A stretch of DNA of 64,000 nucleotides from a virus (Duplodnaviria > Caudoviricetes), in the IMG/VR virus record IMGVR_UViG_3300017914_002346; one strand, written 5' to 3'. The notes below the pieces were generated by a model. It saw only the letters and a list, made by a program, of their open reading frames with translations. It searched no databases and was not told the DNA's origin. The position numbers and the translations under genes were made by a program. Shown piece after piece: positions 31,358 through 41,540 of the stretch. The first letter of the stretch is position 1. The number at the start of each line of letters is the position of its first letter.

Positions 31358-33162
31358 TAGATACTACGTGATATGTTTAAGTTTTTAATAGTCGCTGTTT
31401 CGTTCTTTTCTAATACATCTACAATTGAATCATCAGTAGCTACTTGTAGAATAATATTATTGTCTGCTTGAACATCAAACGAGTCCGGTATAACTGTAAA
31501 CTCGATTGTTGTATCAGTAGGATCGAAATCTTGAATAGTTATGGCACCGGTTTCATAATTAATTGTCCCTGCGTTAGGTTCTACAGTTATTTTTTTGTCA
31601 TCTACTATATCGAAAAGTCTTATATTACCAAAACCGTCTTCATCAAAACCTGATTGATTAGTTCTTCCTTCTCTTAAGAATAGATTAGTTGAAAGTATAC
31701 CACCATTTGCAGAATTAAATCCATCATTAGGATGGTAAAGTTTATTATTATAAGTCCAGTTATAGAAAGCTAAAGTTCCACCAGTTACTTTATTATCAAC
31801 TCTTAATGAAACTCTAGTATTAGAACTTTCTATAGCACTGTCAAGATCTTGAATTTGAGAAGAAAGATAAGATTCTCTAAAATTGTTTAAAAACTCTCCT
31901 AAGTAAACGGTGTTTAAATTACTTAATAAACTAGTAATTCTAGCTTTTAATGCTGCTCTATTTGTTACTAGTTTAGTATCATCATAAATAGCTACTGTCT
32001 TTAAAACTACTTTAAGAATAAACGGGTCAACAAACTCTGGTCTTACAGTTACAACACTTGACTTGTTAAGTATGGTTGTTAAAAGTGTATCTTTAGTTGA
32101 TGCTGTCAGCTTATCGCCTGATTTAGGTTTAATAGCAATAAAAACTTTACCAGGTTGATTTACTTTTTCACCACCATAGACATTGATTGATTGAATGTCG
32201 GAAAATTTGTTTTTAAGTAATGCTGAATAATCGTTTTCTGTAACAGCTCTGAACTGAGCTTGATACCAATGAGGAGCATTATCTTTAATCTCTTGAATAG
32301 ACTCAGGGCTTTGACCGTTTTGAGATATATTAGGTGTACCTGAAATGGTAATATCTGTTCTACCTGGAACATTTACAGAGAAACTTTTGACACCATTTGC
32401 AGCTTCTCCAGATGATTGTAAAAATGTAGCAATAATTTCATCACTTATGTTAAGTTTTTTACCTATTACATTATTACCAAAAATAATTTTTAAAGTTCTA
32501 TCTCTAGTTTCTTCAACAAAATATAACTCACTGTTTCTGTTTTGACCAACAATACCTTCTTCTTCAGGAGTAACTTGATTAAACTTAGTACCGTTAACTG
32601 AAACTGTTAAGGTGCTGTTATCAATATTAGTGTATCCTAGATCGAATGCAGGAAACTCTGTAGTTTTATCAGTATGCACAAATCTTTGAGTAAACAGTTT
32701 ACCTTCAAATACATCAACAGTAATGGTATTGGAACTTTGAGCAGAACTAAAGTTTACAGTATAATCTTGTATAGTATAAAAATTAAAAGTTAAACTACCA
32801 CTTGTAGCTTTAAATAAACTTCCAGCGGGTATAACAAAAAAACCTTCATTTGATAATCTAGGAACGTTTAATTTAATTTTTGTTGTAGAACATTTAGCAG
32901 TTCTTGGTAAATAATTTAAACTTTTAGCTAATGAAACTACATTTGATCTTACTAATGCAGTATCAATAAATGATTCATTAAGCATAAAATTAGCTGCTAA
33001 TGAGTTGTAATGGGTATTATAAGCTAAAATATCCATTAATAAGTTTAAACCTGAACCAGCAAATTCATAATCTGCAAATTCAGGCCTATTCTTAAAATAG
33101 GTTATCATATCATCTTTAATAGATTGGAAATCTAAATCACTAACTACTGGTCTATTGTCCAT
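31357..33162 (-). CDS. gp6: Baseplate wedge subunit
   Basis: LDFQSIK..DYEFAGSGL..LAYNTHY, RAVTENDY, G.I.YETG. Confidence 0.95.
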   Translation of the reverse strand: MDNRPVVSDLDFQSIKDDMITYFKNRPEFADYEFAGSGLNLLMDILAYNTHYNSLAANFMLNESFIDTALVRSNVVSLAKSLNYLPRTAKCSTTKIKLNVPRLSNEGFFVIPAGSLFKATSGSLTFNFYTIQDYTVNFSSAQSSNTITVDVFEGKLFTQRFVHTDKTTEFPAFDLGYTNIDNSTLTVSVNGTKFNQVTPEEEGIVGQNRNSELYFVEETRDRTLKIIFGNNVIGKKLNISDEIIATFLQSSGEAANGVKSFSVNVPGRTDITISGTPNISQNGQSPESIQEIKDNAPHWYQAQFRAVTENDYSALLKNKFSDIQSINVYGGEKVNQPGKVFIAIKPKSGDKLTASTKDTLLTTILNKSSVVTVRPEFVDPFILKVVLKTVAIYDDTKLVTNRAALKARITSLLSNLNTVYLGEFLNNFRESYLSSQIQDLDSAIESSNTRVSLRVDNKVTGGTLAFYNWTYNNKLYHPNDGFNSANGGILSTNLFLREGRTNQSGFDEDGFGNIRLFDIVDDKKITVEPNAGTINYETGAITIQDFDPTDTTIEFTVIPDSFDVQADNNIILQVATDDSIVDVLEKNETATIKNLNISRSI

Positions 33163-33566
33163 TATCTAAGCCTTTTAAGTACTGTTTCAAAATCAGTAAC
33201 AATATTTTTGCTTAATATTCTATATTGTAAGTTAATATGATAAGCATTCTGATCTTGTAAATCTTCTATGAATAAATTAAGAATTTCTATTCTAGGTTCA
33301 TGATTTTGCAAAGTCTCTTTGATAGCGCTTCTTATTTCTTCAATAGTAATAGGATCCGCTAACTCAAAAAGTAAACCTCTAATATTACAGCCAAACAAAG
33401 GATTGAAAGGTCTTTCATAATAATTTGTATTAATCAAGTTTTTTACGCTTTGATTAATCGCATTTACATCAGACTTAGTTCCTATATCTCCTGTTATTGG
33501 GTTATTTGAAAAAGAGATATCAAAATCTTTAAATACATTTTTTGTTTCAAACGTTTGTTGTGCCAT
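33162..33566 (-). CDS. gp25: Baseplate wedge subunit
   Basis: AINQSVKNLI.T..ERPF.P.FG..LLFE..EPRI. Confidence 0.93.
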   Translation of the reverse strand: MAQQTFETKNVFKDFDISFSNNPITGDIGTKSDVNAINQSVKNLINTNYYERPFNPLFGCNIRGLLFELADPITIEEIRSAIKETLQNHEPRIEILNLFIEDLQDQNAYHINLQYRILSKNIVTDFETVLKRLR

Positions 33567-33570
33567 GTTT

Positions 33571-33588
33571 TATTTATTTAGATAAATA
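33571..33588. promoter_or_regulatory. Divergent pair of late promoters (ATAAATA on each strand)
   Basis: Minus 33571-33577 before gp25; plus 33582-33588 before the 33626 ORF. Confidence 0.7.
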
Positions 33589-33625
33589 CAATTGATAGAG
33601 CTCTTTACATGTAAAGGTATGATAT

Positions 33626-35095
33626 ATGTCTGGTAGAAAAAACCACGGAAACAACGCAAAAAGGTTTGACGTAAACGCTTTCTATGCTAATCTTAGAAAA
33701 GCTAAAGTATTAGAATTACTTGATAAAGACGGAAACACCCCATACGACTCAGATGCTATAGACAACAGTGTATGGGAATATGCTGCATACCTTTACAACG
33801 ATATTAATAACTTAGGAATTCTATCATATTTTGATTCAGATTCATTTAGACATGATTCAGATGGTAGTGGAGAAAATGGTTTTGGTGATCCTATCACTAG
33901 AACAGCAGCGGTTACTAAAGTTTATAATCCATTAAGACGTTTTCTATATTCAGTAGATAATCAAGATGGTATTGACGATTCTGATGATGTTATTACTTCT
34001 GGGTTTAGAAGAAAATATTATACACTTCCTATGTCCGATTCTGAAGGTACTTTAAGACATGTTAATATCTATACGATTCTTAAAGCACACTTTAATAGAT
34101 GGTTAAAATATGATCCTTATGAAAGACGTTATATAGCAAAAAGAGTGTTTGATGTACTGAATGCAGATTCAGATATGAGATACGATTTTGCTAGAATGAC
34201 TGTTGTAGCTTTCGAAGAAGATTCTGATCTTATGAGAAGAGTAGTAGAACAAGTAAGTAATGTTCTACAAAGCGACTCTGAAATAAGAAACGAAATGGTT
34301 TTAACTACCATTACAGCTTTTCAAAATGATTCAGATGCAGCTAGAAGTTTAATTGATATTATTCATAATGTTTATCAAACAGACTCTGATAGAAGAGTTA
34401 CTTTAATTAATCATGTGATGACAGGTTTTGAGAATGACTCAGACTCTGCTAGACGTTTTGAGCAAATAATTAGTAATGTATATCAAAACGATTCTGATAC
34501 TATAACTAATTTAGTTACTCTTATTAATAGAGTATATCAACATGATTCTGATAAAATAAGTCAGATTGTAACTTTAATCAATAGAGTATATCAAAACGAC
34601 TCAGATAAAATTAGTAATTTAGTTACATTAATTAACAGAGTATATCAAAACGATTCTGACAAAGCAATACATCTTACTCAAACTATTGTTAATGTGTTAG
34701 AATCTGATTCAGATTCTGCTAATAAGCTCACAGAAGTAATTCTAAATCAAATAGAGAACGATTCTGATTATCAGACTATTTTCAGTACTATCTTAAATTC
34801 AACACCTATTACACAACTTATACCAGGTAGTTCTACAACTAACACTTTCTTAGGTGATTCTGATCATCACTTCCATTTTGGTTTCATAAACAATTTAGTT
34901 GTAGATAGTGAATTACGTATTACAGATGGCACCGTAGTAGTTGATAGTGATTCTACATTAAAGATAGAAGGTGACATAGAAATAGACAATGTTAAGTTAA
35001 AACATGCTATGTTATTTTCTATTAAGAATGTAAGTGGTGATCCTGTTATGCAAGGTTACTTATTATCACCTCAAGATTCAGAAATAATTATTTAA
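33626..35095 (+). CDS. DSD-repeat helical protein, probable virion fibre or appendage
   Basis: 17 DSD + 4 DSE; eleven 18-aa repeats; late promoter; C-terminus resembles that of 15451..16584. Confidence 0.6.
   Translation: MSGRKNHGNNAKRFDVNAFYANLRKAKVLELLDKDGNTPYDSDAIDNSVWEYAAYLYNDINNLGILSYFDSDSFRHDSDGSGENGFGDPITRTAAVTKVYNPLRRFLYSVDNQDGIDDSDDVITSGFRRKYYTLPMSDSEGTLRHVNIYTILKAHFNRWLKYDPYERRYIAKRVFDVLNADSDMRYDFARMTVVAFEEDSDLMRRVVEQVSNVLQSDSEIRNEMVLTTITAFQNDSDAARSLIDIIHNVYQTDSDRRVTLINHVMTGFENDSDSARRFEQIISNVYQNDSDTITNLVTLINRVYQHDSDKISQIVTLINRVYQNDSDKISNLVTLINRVYQNDSDKAIHLTQTIVNVLESDSDSANKLTEVILNQIENDSDYQTIFSTILNSTPITQLIPGSSTTNTFLGDSDHHFHFGFINNLVVDSELRITDGTVVVDSDSTLKIEGDIEIDNVKLKHAMLFSIKNVSGDPVMQGYLLSPQDSEIII
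34166..34768 (+). repeat. Degenerate 54-bp (18-aa) tandem repeat, 11 units, each starting DS(D/E)
   Basis: DS(D/E) every 54 nt from 34166 to 34760; near-identical central units such as DSDKISNLVTLINRVYQN. Confidence 0.92.
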
Positions 35096-35535
35096 GATAA
35101 GAATAACTCTTTTTCGTCAGCTCTTCTTTTAACTAATCCTTTGAGTACTTTACCACCTGCTCTACGCCATTTCCAGAACTCATTCGACGCGCCTTCATAA
35201 TCCCCTCTGTTGAGTTTCGATCTGAGCGTACTCGATTGATAGTTTCCAAGACCCACGTTAAATGAAAAAGACACCAAAGCGTCAAATTGACCTTGCGAAA
35301 GACTGACTTTTGTGAGTCTTTCGATACCATCTTCAAAACGGATAAGATCATCATACAAGATTTGATCAATCTCTTCATCTGTGAACTCCTTATTCCATTC
35401 TTTTGGTAACTTTTTACCATCACCAATAAGATGACCTACACCTACAGTCCACAACCCAATTGGATCTTGATAAGGTTTACGAACAAACCCCTCATGGTGT
35501 TTAATCATCTTAATGCACTTATCGCTTACCTTCAT
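35092..35535 (-). CDS. Lysozyme / endolysin (GH24)
   Basis: HEG..PYQD..TVGVGH catalytic E-D-T, QFDALVSF.FNVG, GLVKRR.DE. Confidence 0.95.
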   Translation of the reverse strand: MKVSDKCIKMIKHHEGFVRKPYQDPIGLWTVGVGHLIGDGKKLPKEWNKEFTDEEIDQILYDDLIRFEDGIERLTKVSLSQGQFDALVSFSFNVGLGNYQSSTLRSKLNRGDYEGASNEFWKWRRAGGKVLKGLVKRRADEKELFLS

Positions 35536-35984
35536 TTTTTAACTGCTCTAGAACCAAACCAGAAAGCAATAATAGCAGCGAATATAGCTTGTGTTTCTTC
35601 TGACCATAGAGTCTCTGTTACAGCGGCTACATCACCACCATCACGAAGTACCACATAAACTGCTACTCCTTCTACAAAAAAGAAAAGTAAGAAAAACAAA
35701 TATGTGATTACAGGTCTAACAGAAGAACGCATATTGTTAACCCAAGTAGATGCATGGGCAGCTGACTTAGTATCATGTTCTAATAAACCTATCTCTCTTT
35801 GAATTTCTGATTGTAAGAGCATCGCTTCTGCTTTAGCGTTTTGTAATCTTTCTTCTCTTTCGATCTGAAGAGCCATTACTTCCAATTCATGCTTCTTATC
35901 TTTACCATCCTGCCATGTATCCAATAATTTAGGTACAAAAGAAGTACCAAACCCTAATGCAGTTGAAATAATAGTTGATATCAT
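35532..35984 (-). CDS. Putative holin (3TM-holin-like)
   Basis: VRPVITY and AIIAFWFGSR motifs, TM helices, coupled to the lysozyme gene. Confidence 0.7.
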   Translation of the reverse strand: MISTIISTALGFGTSFVPKLLDTWQDGKDKKHELEVMALQIEREERLQNAKAEAMLLQSEIQREIGLLEHDTKSAAHASTWVNNMRSSVRPVITYLFFLLFFFVEGVAVYVVLRDGGDVAAVTETLWSEETQAIFAAIIAFWFGSRAVKK

Positions 35985-36007
35985 AATAAAACTCCTTTAT
36001 ATATTTA

Positions 36008-38080
36008 TTAACTATTAGCAATATCATACCAGTCCCTAGTACTTGGTAATATATCAAATCTTTGATTATCTGTTGCAGCTTTATATTCTAAATATAAATC
36101 ATGATGTTGTTGTGCAATAAGCATAGCTTCTGGTATTAAAATACCAAAGAAATTAGCTGCTCTGATACTACTCATTGTTGGAATAGTAGCTGATGGTCCG
36201 TAAGTATCAGTATAAATCCAAGCACGAGTCTTTTTAAACTCAAAATAATTTTTCATATAATTTTCTGATCTACCTTCAGGTGTAGTTCTCCAACTCCAAT
36301 CATCGACTAATTCTGCACCATTATTTCCTAATCTAGGATCAGTTGGTGTACCGATATACTTAGTTGGAGTTTGTAGTTCGTAACCTGTATCAAGTATCTT
36401 ATTTTCTGGCATTTTTATATCACCAAAAACTGCAATAACACCTCTAGAGCTACTGTCAGCTAATACAGTTATATAATGACCTATAACAGAATAATAAAAT
36501 TGTATTTCATTATCAATTTGTTCTTGTTCTAAGTTAGCTGATATAAACCTTTCATAAAAATCTAAATCATCTTGACTTAAACCTGCATCAAAACCATACT
36601 CTCTTACTTTTTGAGTATCAAGAATACTAATACCTCTTTTAATACCCTCATCTGTATTTCTATATTCTTTTAAAGTTGATTTCATAACCTTATATTGTTC
36701 TTTAGATCTAAATTCATCTTTATAGAACTTACGCATTTTTTTACTTTCAAGGTAATTTCTTGCTTCAAAATTAGGATATTGTTTAGGCAATTCTAGAGAT
36801 ATATTTCCAAAAGGACCTGTTAAAGAATCAACAAATTTAGATACTATTAATTTATTTGACGCTATAATATCTTCTTCAATTTTATCCAAAGATCTAGTAA
36901 TAGGTTTTACTTCTTTAGAAACCGGGTCTACAACAGCTGCTTCTGGTTTAATTGTTTCAATGGGCTGTTCTTTTGGTTTTACTATTGTTTCTTCAGTTTC
37001 TATACTTGTAGTATTTGATTGTTCAGAGGTAGGTTCTTTAACTTGAGGTGGCTTTGCTTCTACTTCTTTCTTACCTCCTCTAGTGGTAACTTCCGTATCT
37101 TCTGGGAAGACTTCACACAAGTCTAACTGACTAATAGGTGTGGTTGAGGTAAATGCAAGAGGGTCCTGAGCTTGTAAGTTAGGTATTAAACTTGCAGGGT
37201 CTGTTAAATTTATACCACTTGTAAATTCACTTAAAGCACCTGCAGCTATATTAGAAATTGCGCTAGCTGGATCTTTTGCAAAAGTGTTAATAGCATCTAA
37301 AGCATTTAAAGCATCTGTTAAACCACCTATGTTAGTATTTGTTCCTAGTTCAGAAAAAGCGTTATTATTAGCAACTTGAGGAGTAGGAGGTGGTTCTTGA
37401 ATACCGTATTCTTCTCTAAGTTTTTGAGCTGTAGCTTCCACTTCAGGAACAAATTCTAAGAATGTATCTATTATTTCCTTCGCTAAAGAATTAAATTGTT
37501 TAGGATTTTCTTTTGAATCAATTAGTTTTTGCAACTCTTCTTGAAGACTCTTTTTAGGATCTGTATCTTCAATAAGAATAGTCCATCTTACTCTAATTCT
37601 ATTACCTTCAGTTTCTACCAAGTATGGCCAGTCAGTATCATCGTTTGGTGTTTCTATACCGTTAGACTCTAATGTTGCAAGTCCATTTAAGATAGCTCTT
37701 CTATAACTACCGTATTTTTGTAGATATACCGCATCATTTCCTACTATAGTGCTTTGTTTAGAAAATAGAAAAGTAGGACCAAGCCAGGGTGATGTCCATT
37801 TCTTTTTCTTTTCATCCCATATTTCAGGTGAGTTTATTCTTTTATATGATTTAGATGGTAATGCAATAGGTAATATACCAGTTAATGTATATTCAACATA
37901 TCTCTTTTTTGCTTCTACTTTTACATTATTAATCTTTGTGTTTACTTCTGTAGTAGTCTCAGTCATTTTAGCAAGATTAGCTTTTGTAGCCGCGCCACCT
38001 TTAACTAAGTTTGCGAGTTCTTTTTCTTTCTTTTTAATCTCCTCTAGCTCTACACTAGTTACACATCTCTTCTTAGCCAT
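36008..38080 (-). CDS. Hypothetical protein (possibly baseplate-associated)
   Basis: 690-aa ORF directly downstream of the PAAR gene. Confidence 0.6.
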   Translation of the reverse strand: MAKKRCVTSVELEEIKKKEKELANLVKGGAATKANLAKMTETTTEVNTKINNVKVEAKKRYVEYTLTGILPIALPSKSYKRINSPEIWDEKKKKWTSPWLGPTFLFSKQSTIVGNDAVYLQKYGSYRRAILNGLATLESNGIETPNDDTDWPYLVETEGNRIRVRWTILIEDTDPKKSLQEELQKLIDSKENPKQFNSLAKEIIDTFLEFVPEVEATAQKLREEYGIQEPPPTPQVANNNAFSELGTNTNIGGLTDALNALDAINTFAKDPASAISNIAAGALSEFTSGINLTDPASLIPNLQAQDPLAFTSTTPISQLDLCEVFPEDTEVTTRGGKKEVEAKPPQVKEPTSEQSNTTSIETEETIVKPKEQPIETIKPEAAVVDPVSKEVKPITRSLDKIEEDIIASNKLIVSKFVDSLTGPFGNISLELPKQYPNFEARNYLESKKMRKFYKDEFRSKEQYKVMKSTLKEYRNTDEGIKRGISILDTQKVREYGFDAGLSQDDLDFYERFISANLEQEQIDNEIQFYYSVIGHYITVLADSSSRGVIAVFGDIKMPENKILDTGYELQTPTKYIGTPTDPRLGNNGAELVDDWSWRTTPEGRSENYMKNYFEFKKTRAWIYTDTYGPSATIPTMSSIRAANFFGILIPEAMLIAQQHHDLYLEYKAATDNQRFDILPSTRDWYDIANS

Positions 38081-38082
38081 TG

Positions 38083-38379
38083 TTAACCCCCTGCAAACAC
38101 ATTAGGAGACCCAGATGCAGAAGCATTAGGTACCCAAGATCCGTGGCCGCCTGTAGAGTCTCCTTGTCTATGTACACCTATTCCATTAACAAAAACAGTA
38201 CCGCTTCCACCTGTAGCAGGATCACCACAACTAGTTGCATCTCCAATTCTCACTGTACTAGCATTATTAGTAAACACATTTGATGAACCTGAAGCATAAG
38301 CCGTTTGATGAAACGGGTTAGGTGTTGGTGATGCATGTCCTACGTGACTGTCTAATCCTACTCTAGTTACTGCTGGCAT
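38083..38379 (-). CDS. gp5.4: PAAR spike-tip protein
   Basis: MPAVTRVG, RIGD..CG, RQGD..GHG, GSPNVFAG. Confidence 0.92.
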   Translation of the reverse strand: MPAVTRVGLDSHVGHASPTPNPFHQTAYASGSSNVFTNNASTVRIGDATSCGDPATGGSGTVFVNGIGVHRQGDSTGGHGSWVPNASASGSPNVFAGG

Positions 38380-39659
38380 TAGTTAAGATCTATCCTCGCT
38401 GCATCTACGTCTAAGTTACCAGTAATCTGGGTAGTTTGATCACCAGTAATAGTTTCACTTACATTACCACCTACTGTTTCAGTAATATTTTTATCTACAT
38501 TAATTATTTGATTTTCTGGGGTTTCAATAGTCATGTCTTTTCCTGATATAATAGTCATAGTACTCATAGAAGTAGTTGAATGAGCTTTAACAGAAATTTC
38601 ATCATGATTACCCATTACAAATTTGGTTGAATCTCTATTAATAGTAAGATCTTCATTTCCACCTATAGTTGTTTTTCTATCCGAATCAACTATTCTAGTT
38701 TCCATTCCACCAACTCTTTGAACATAATCTACTTTAACATTTGAACCAAAATCTTTACCTATTTCTGTAAAATCAGAATTGTGTATTTTACTATGTCTAC
38801 TACCTCTGTTAATTCTTTCAGTTTTATTACCTTCAACTTCTAAGTGATAATTACCCTTTACCAAGGTTCTCATATCACCTTCAACAGTAATGTTAAGATT
38901 ACCTTTTACGAACATATTATTATTTTTAAATGTTACTTCGTAATTATCACCTACAACAGTAGTTGCCATATCGCCATTATGTAACATTTCATAATTAGTT
39001 CCTGAATTATGAAACTGTGCAATTCTTGTTGCACCTGGTGTATCATCCACTTCTAATACATGACCAGTTTCAGATTGTGTAACTTTATTAAAAGGATATA
39101 CAGGTTTTTCACCACCATGTACGTCTGGATAATCCCATGTGTTTCTAGAATAGTAAGTATCACTTTTATCATCTACTAAAGAATTTACTCTAGGTGGAAC
39201 AGCAGTTTCTACTCCTGTTACTCTCTGATTTTCTCTAGCTGTAAAACTAGGATCAATCTCATAAGTAGATGTTCTTGCATGCAGAGGTTGATCAGTACTT
39301 GTAGTATAAACTGGATTTACACCTGTACTATCAGAATATGTACCTTCTGGGTCTAAAGTATTAGGTTGAGAAGGAAGTACACCCATAACTAAAGGCTGTT
39401 GCATATTTTTACCATCAGTAAAGAAGCCTACAACCCAGGCACCTTCTACAATACCTGTAGCTGATTGTCCTACTGAACCTGTACCGGCACTATTAGAAGG
39501 TAATATCATACTAGCCCATGGTAAATCATTTACAGATAACTCTTCTTTAGGTACGTCATGAATACCAAAACATCTTACCTTAACTCTACCCATTTCTTCA
39601 GGGTCGTTTCTATCTTCTACAACACCTACAAACCATACCATTTCGCCTGAATACATCAT
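38379..39659 (-). CDS. gp5: Baseplate central spike without lysozyme domain
   Basis: WFVGVVEDRNDP..GRVKVR, LPWA, GHVLEVDDTPG, beta-helix repeats. Confidence 0.93.
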   Translation of the reverse strand: MMYSGEMVWFVGVVEDRNDPEEMGRVKVRCFGIHDVPKEELSVNDLPWASMILPSNSAGTGSVGQSATGIVEGAWVVGFFTDGKNMQQPLVMGVLPSQPNTLDPEGTYSDSTGVNPVYTTSTDQPLHARTSTYEIDPSFTARENQRVTGVETAVPPRVNSLVDDKSDTYYSRNTWDYPDVHGGEKPVYPFNKVTQSETGHVLEVDDTPGATRIAQFHNSGTNYEMLHNGDMATTVVGDNYEVTFKNNNMFVKGNLNITVEGDMRTLVKGNYHLEVEGNKTERINRGSRHSKIHNSDFTEIGKDFGSNVKVDYVQRVGGMETRIVDSDRKTTIGGNEDLTINRDSTKFVMGNHDEISVKAHSTTSMSTMTIISGKDMTIETPENQIINVDKNITETVGGNVSETITGDQTTQITGNLDVDAARIDLN

Positions 39660-40897
39660 TGTTCGCTACTCTCTAATTGTGACTCTTTACTTAAACCTAA
39701 CAGCATATTATGTTCATCTCTACTGTAGATATCTCTTTTTGATGTAATATAATACTTACCTGATACTCTATTATCAATTCTTCTATTCTGTTCAGATTGA
39801 GGCTCAGGTGTAGCAATTTCAAGTTCAATAATTTGACCCACGTCTATTAAAAAATTACCTACAACTTCAATTGTTAAGCTCTGTGATCCGTCAATATTAT
39901 TGACTTTAATTTTACTTATATCATTACTTTTATTAATTGTTCCATCACTATGAATGTTACTAGTTAATATGTCATATTTTGTTAAAGCTGGTTCATACGC
40001 ATTTGATTTGTATTGTGGAAAATTATTTAAATGGTTTTCTTTATCAAAATTAGTAAAATAGTTATATACTACTTTATTGTTTGTCTTAGCAATAATATCA
40101 GGAGAATAAACTATACCTGATATCTTACCTTTTCTCATACTTTCATGAATATTAAATTGATTATTATAGGTTAGTTTTTTAACAGCTCTTAAAGCTAGCT
40201 CAGAGTTAGGAGCTTGTTGTTCTCCTTTTGTACCTACAACTAAATTATAGCTATATTTAAATGCTGGTCTTTCACCATAATTATCTAAAGCTTTCTCTAC
40301 AGGCATGAAGTTATAATTTAATTTTGAATCTTGAAAAAATTTAAATCTAACTTGGTCTTTGGTCCAAACAGCTTTACCAGCTAACCAGTTAAGTGTATGT
40401 ATTGGAGACCAGTTTGGAACTACAACTTTTGTACTATTAGAACTTGGTTCAAAAGTGCCTATAGTGTCTACATCTGTTGCAAATTCATCAAATACTTGTC
40501 TTGCTATTTCACTTATATTACCATTATATGATTTTATAATTCCTGCGTGTAAAGAAGTAAATGCAAAATGAGAGATGCACTTTAAGCTATACCCTCTTTG
40601 ACTATCAAAGTTAGACATCTTTTCTAAACTAATTACCTTTAGAAAAAACTCTCTAGTCTCATCATTAGAACTTAAAGTAATAGATACATTATCTCCACCA
40701 GAGATTTTATATCTTTCAAAAACGTTTTGACTATCCATTATTAAAAGATCAACTGCAGTAGTATCACCATTAATAAAAGTGTTAACGTTTAGTTCTACAA
40801 ATAAATCAGACACATCAACTTTAGTAACACCATTACTGATTATTACTTCATCTACTTTTATTCTACCCGGATAAAATTGATAGTCTAAATTACTCAT
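39656..40897 (-). CDS. Baseplate hub protein (gp27-like)
   Basis: Position between gp53 and gp5; PNW.P, G.YYIT motifs. Confidence 0.6.
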   Translation of the reverse strand: MSNLDYQFYPGRIKVDEVIISNGVTKVDVSDLFVELNVNTFINGDTTAVDLLIMDSQNVFERYKISGGDNVSITLSSNDETREFFLKVISLEKMSNFDSQRGYSLKCISHFAFTSLHAGIIKSYNGNISEIARQVFDEFATDVDTIGTFEPSSNSTKVVVPNWSPIHTLNWLAGKAVWTKDQVRFKFFQDSKLNYNFMPVEKALDNYGERPAFKYSYNLVVGTKGEQQAPNSELALRAVKKLTYNNQFNIHESMRKGKISGIVYSPDIIAKTNNKVVYNYFTNFDKENHLNNFPQYKSNAYEPALTKYDILTSNIHSDGTINKSNDISKIKVNNIDGSQSLTIEVVGNFLIDVGQIIELEIATPEPQSEQNRRIDNRVSGKYYITSKRDIYSRDEHNMLLGLSKESQLESSEQ

Positions 40898-41540
40898 TTG
40901 TTAATTTTCTTAACTCTTTTTCCATTTGCTGCACCAAATTTGAATTCGGTATTATAATATCTCTTTTCGCTTCGTTTAAATTAAATTCATAAGTAAATAT
41001 AGAAACAGGAGTTAAGGTAGGTCTGGTGTATTGTCTATTAAAAGCATCTTTAGTTTCACCAAACTTAGTATCAAAAGAATAATAATTACCGTTAGTGTCT
41101 TCAAAATGATGTGGTCTGTATTTTACACCGTGTACACCATCTGAGTCTTCGAAATTATTAGAAGTTGAACCTGTAAAATAAATTAACTCTCTAGTATCTA
41201 CATCTGAAAGAGTAACTTCTGAATCATTAGGTTTTCTTTGTACTCTATATTTTTCTAATAGAAAACTATCTAACTGTCTTGAAGTTTTAGGCCAGTCATT
41301 ATAAAGATTCATAATATTGTTAGCTAACATTATACACCAATGAAACTTAACTGTTCCATAAGTATTAAAACTTATGTGTTCTGGTGTTTCGTTTTCTTTT
41401 ACATAATATGGTTGAAAGTTTGTTTGATCTAATAAAACTTTATCTAAAAGAGTTAATCTTGTAGAAAGATTTTTAAACAACCTTACTTTATTATCAGGAA
41501 ATTGATATTCAATGTAGTTAAAATTATTAAAGTAGCTCAT
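40890..41540 (-). CDS. gp53: Baseplate wedge protein
   Basis: YFNNF..Y, ETPEHIS..YG..HW.I.LANNI..DWP, YE..LNE.KR.I. Confidence 0.92.
   Translation of the reverse strand: MSYFNNFNYIEYQFPDNKVRLFKNLSTRLTLLDKVLLDQTNFQPYYVKENETPEHISFNTYGTVKFHWCIMLANNIMNLYNDWPKTSRQLDSFLLEKYRVQRKPNDSEVTLSDVDTRELIYFTGSTSNNFEDSDGVHGVKYRPHHFEDTNGNYYSFDTKFGETKDAFNRQYTRPTLTPVSIFTYEFNLNEAKRDIIIPNSNLVQQMEKELRKLTNE

Noticed and set aside
34166-34768. CRISPR-like array with 54-bp periodicity
   Set aside because: Repeats are in-frame and synonymously degenerate, with no invariant DNA repeat plus unique spacers; no cas operon is present
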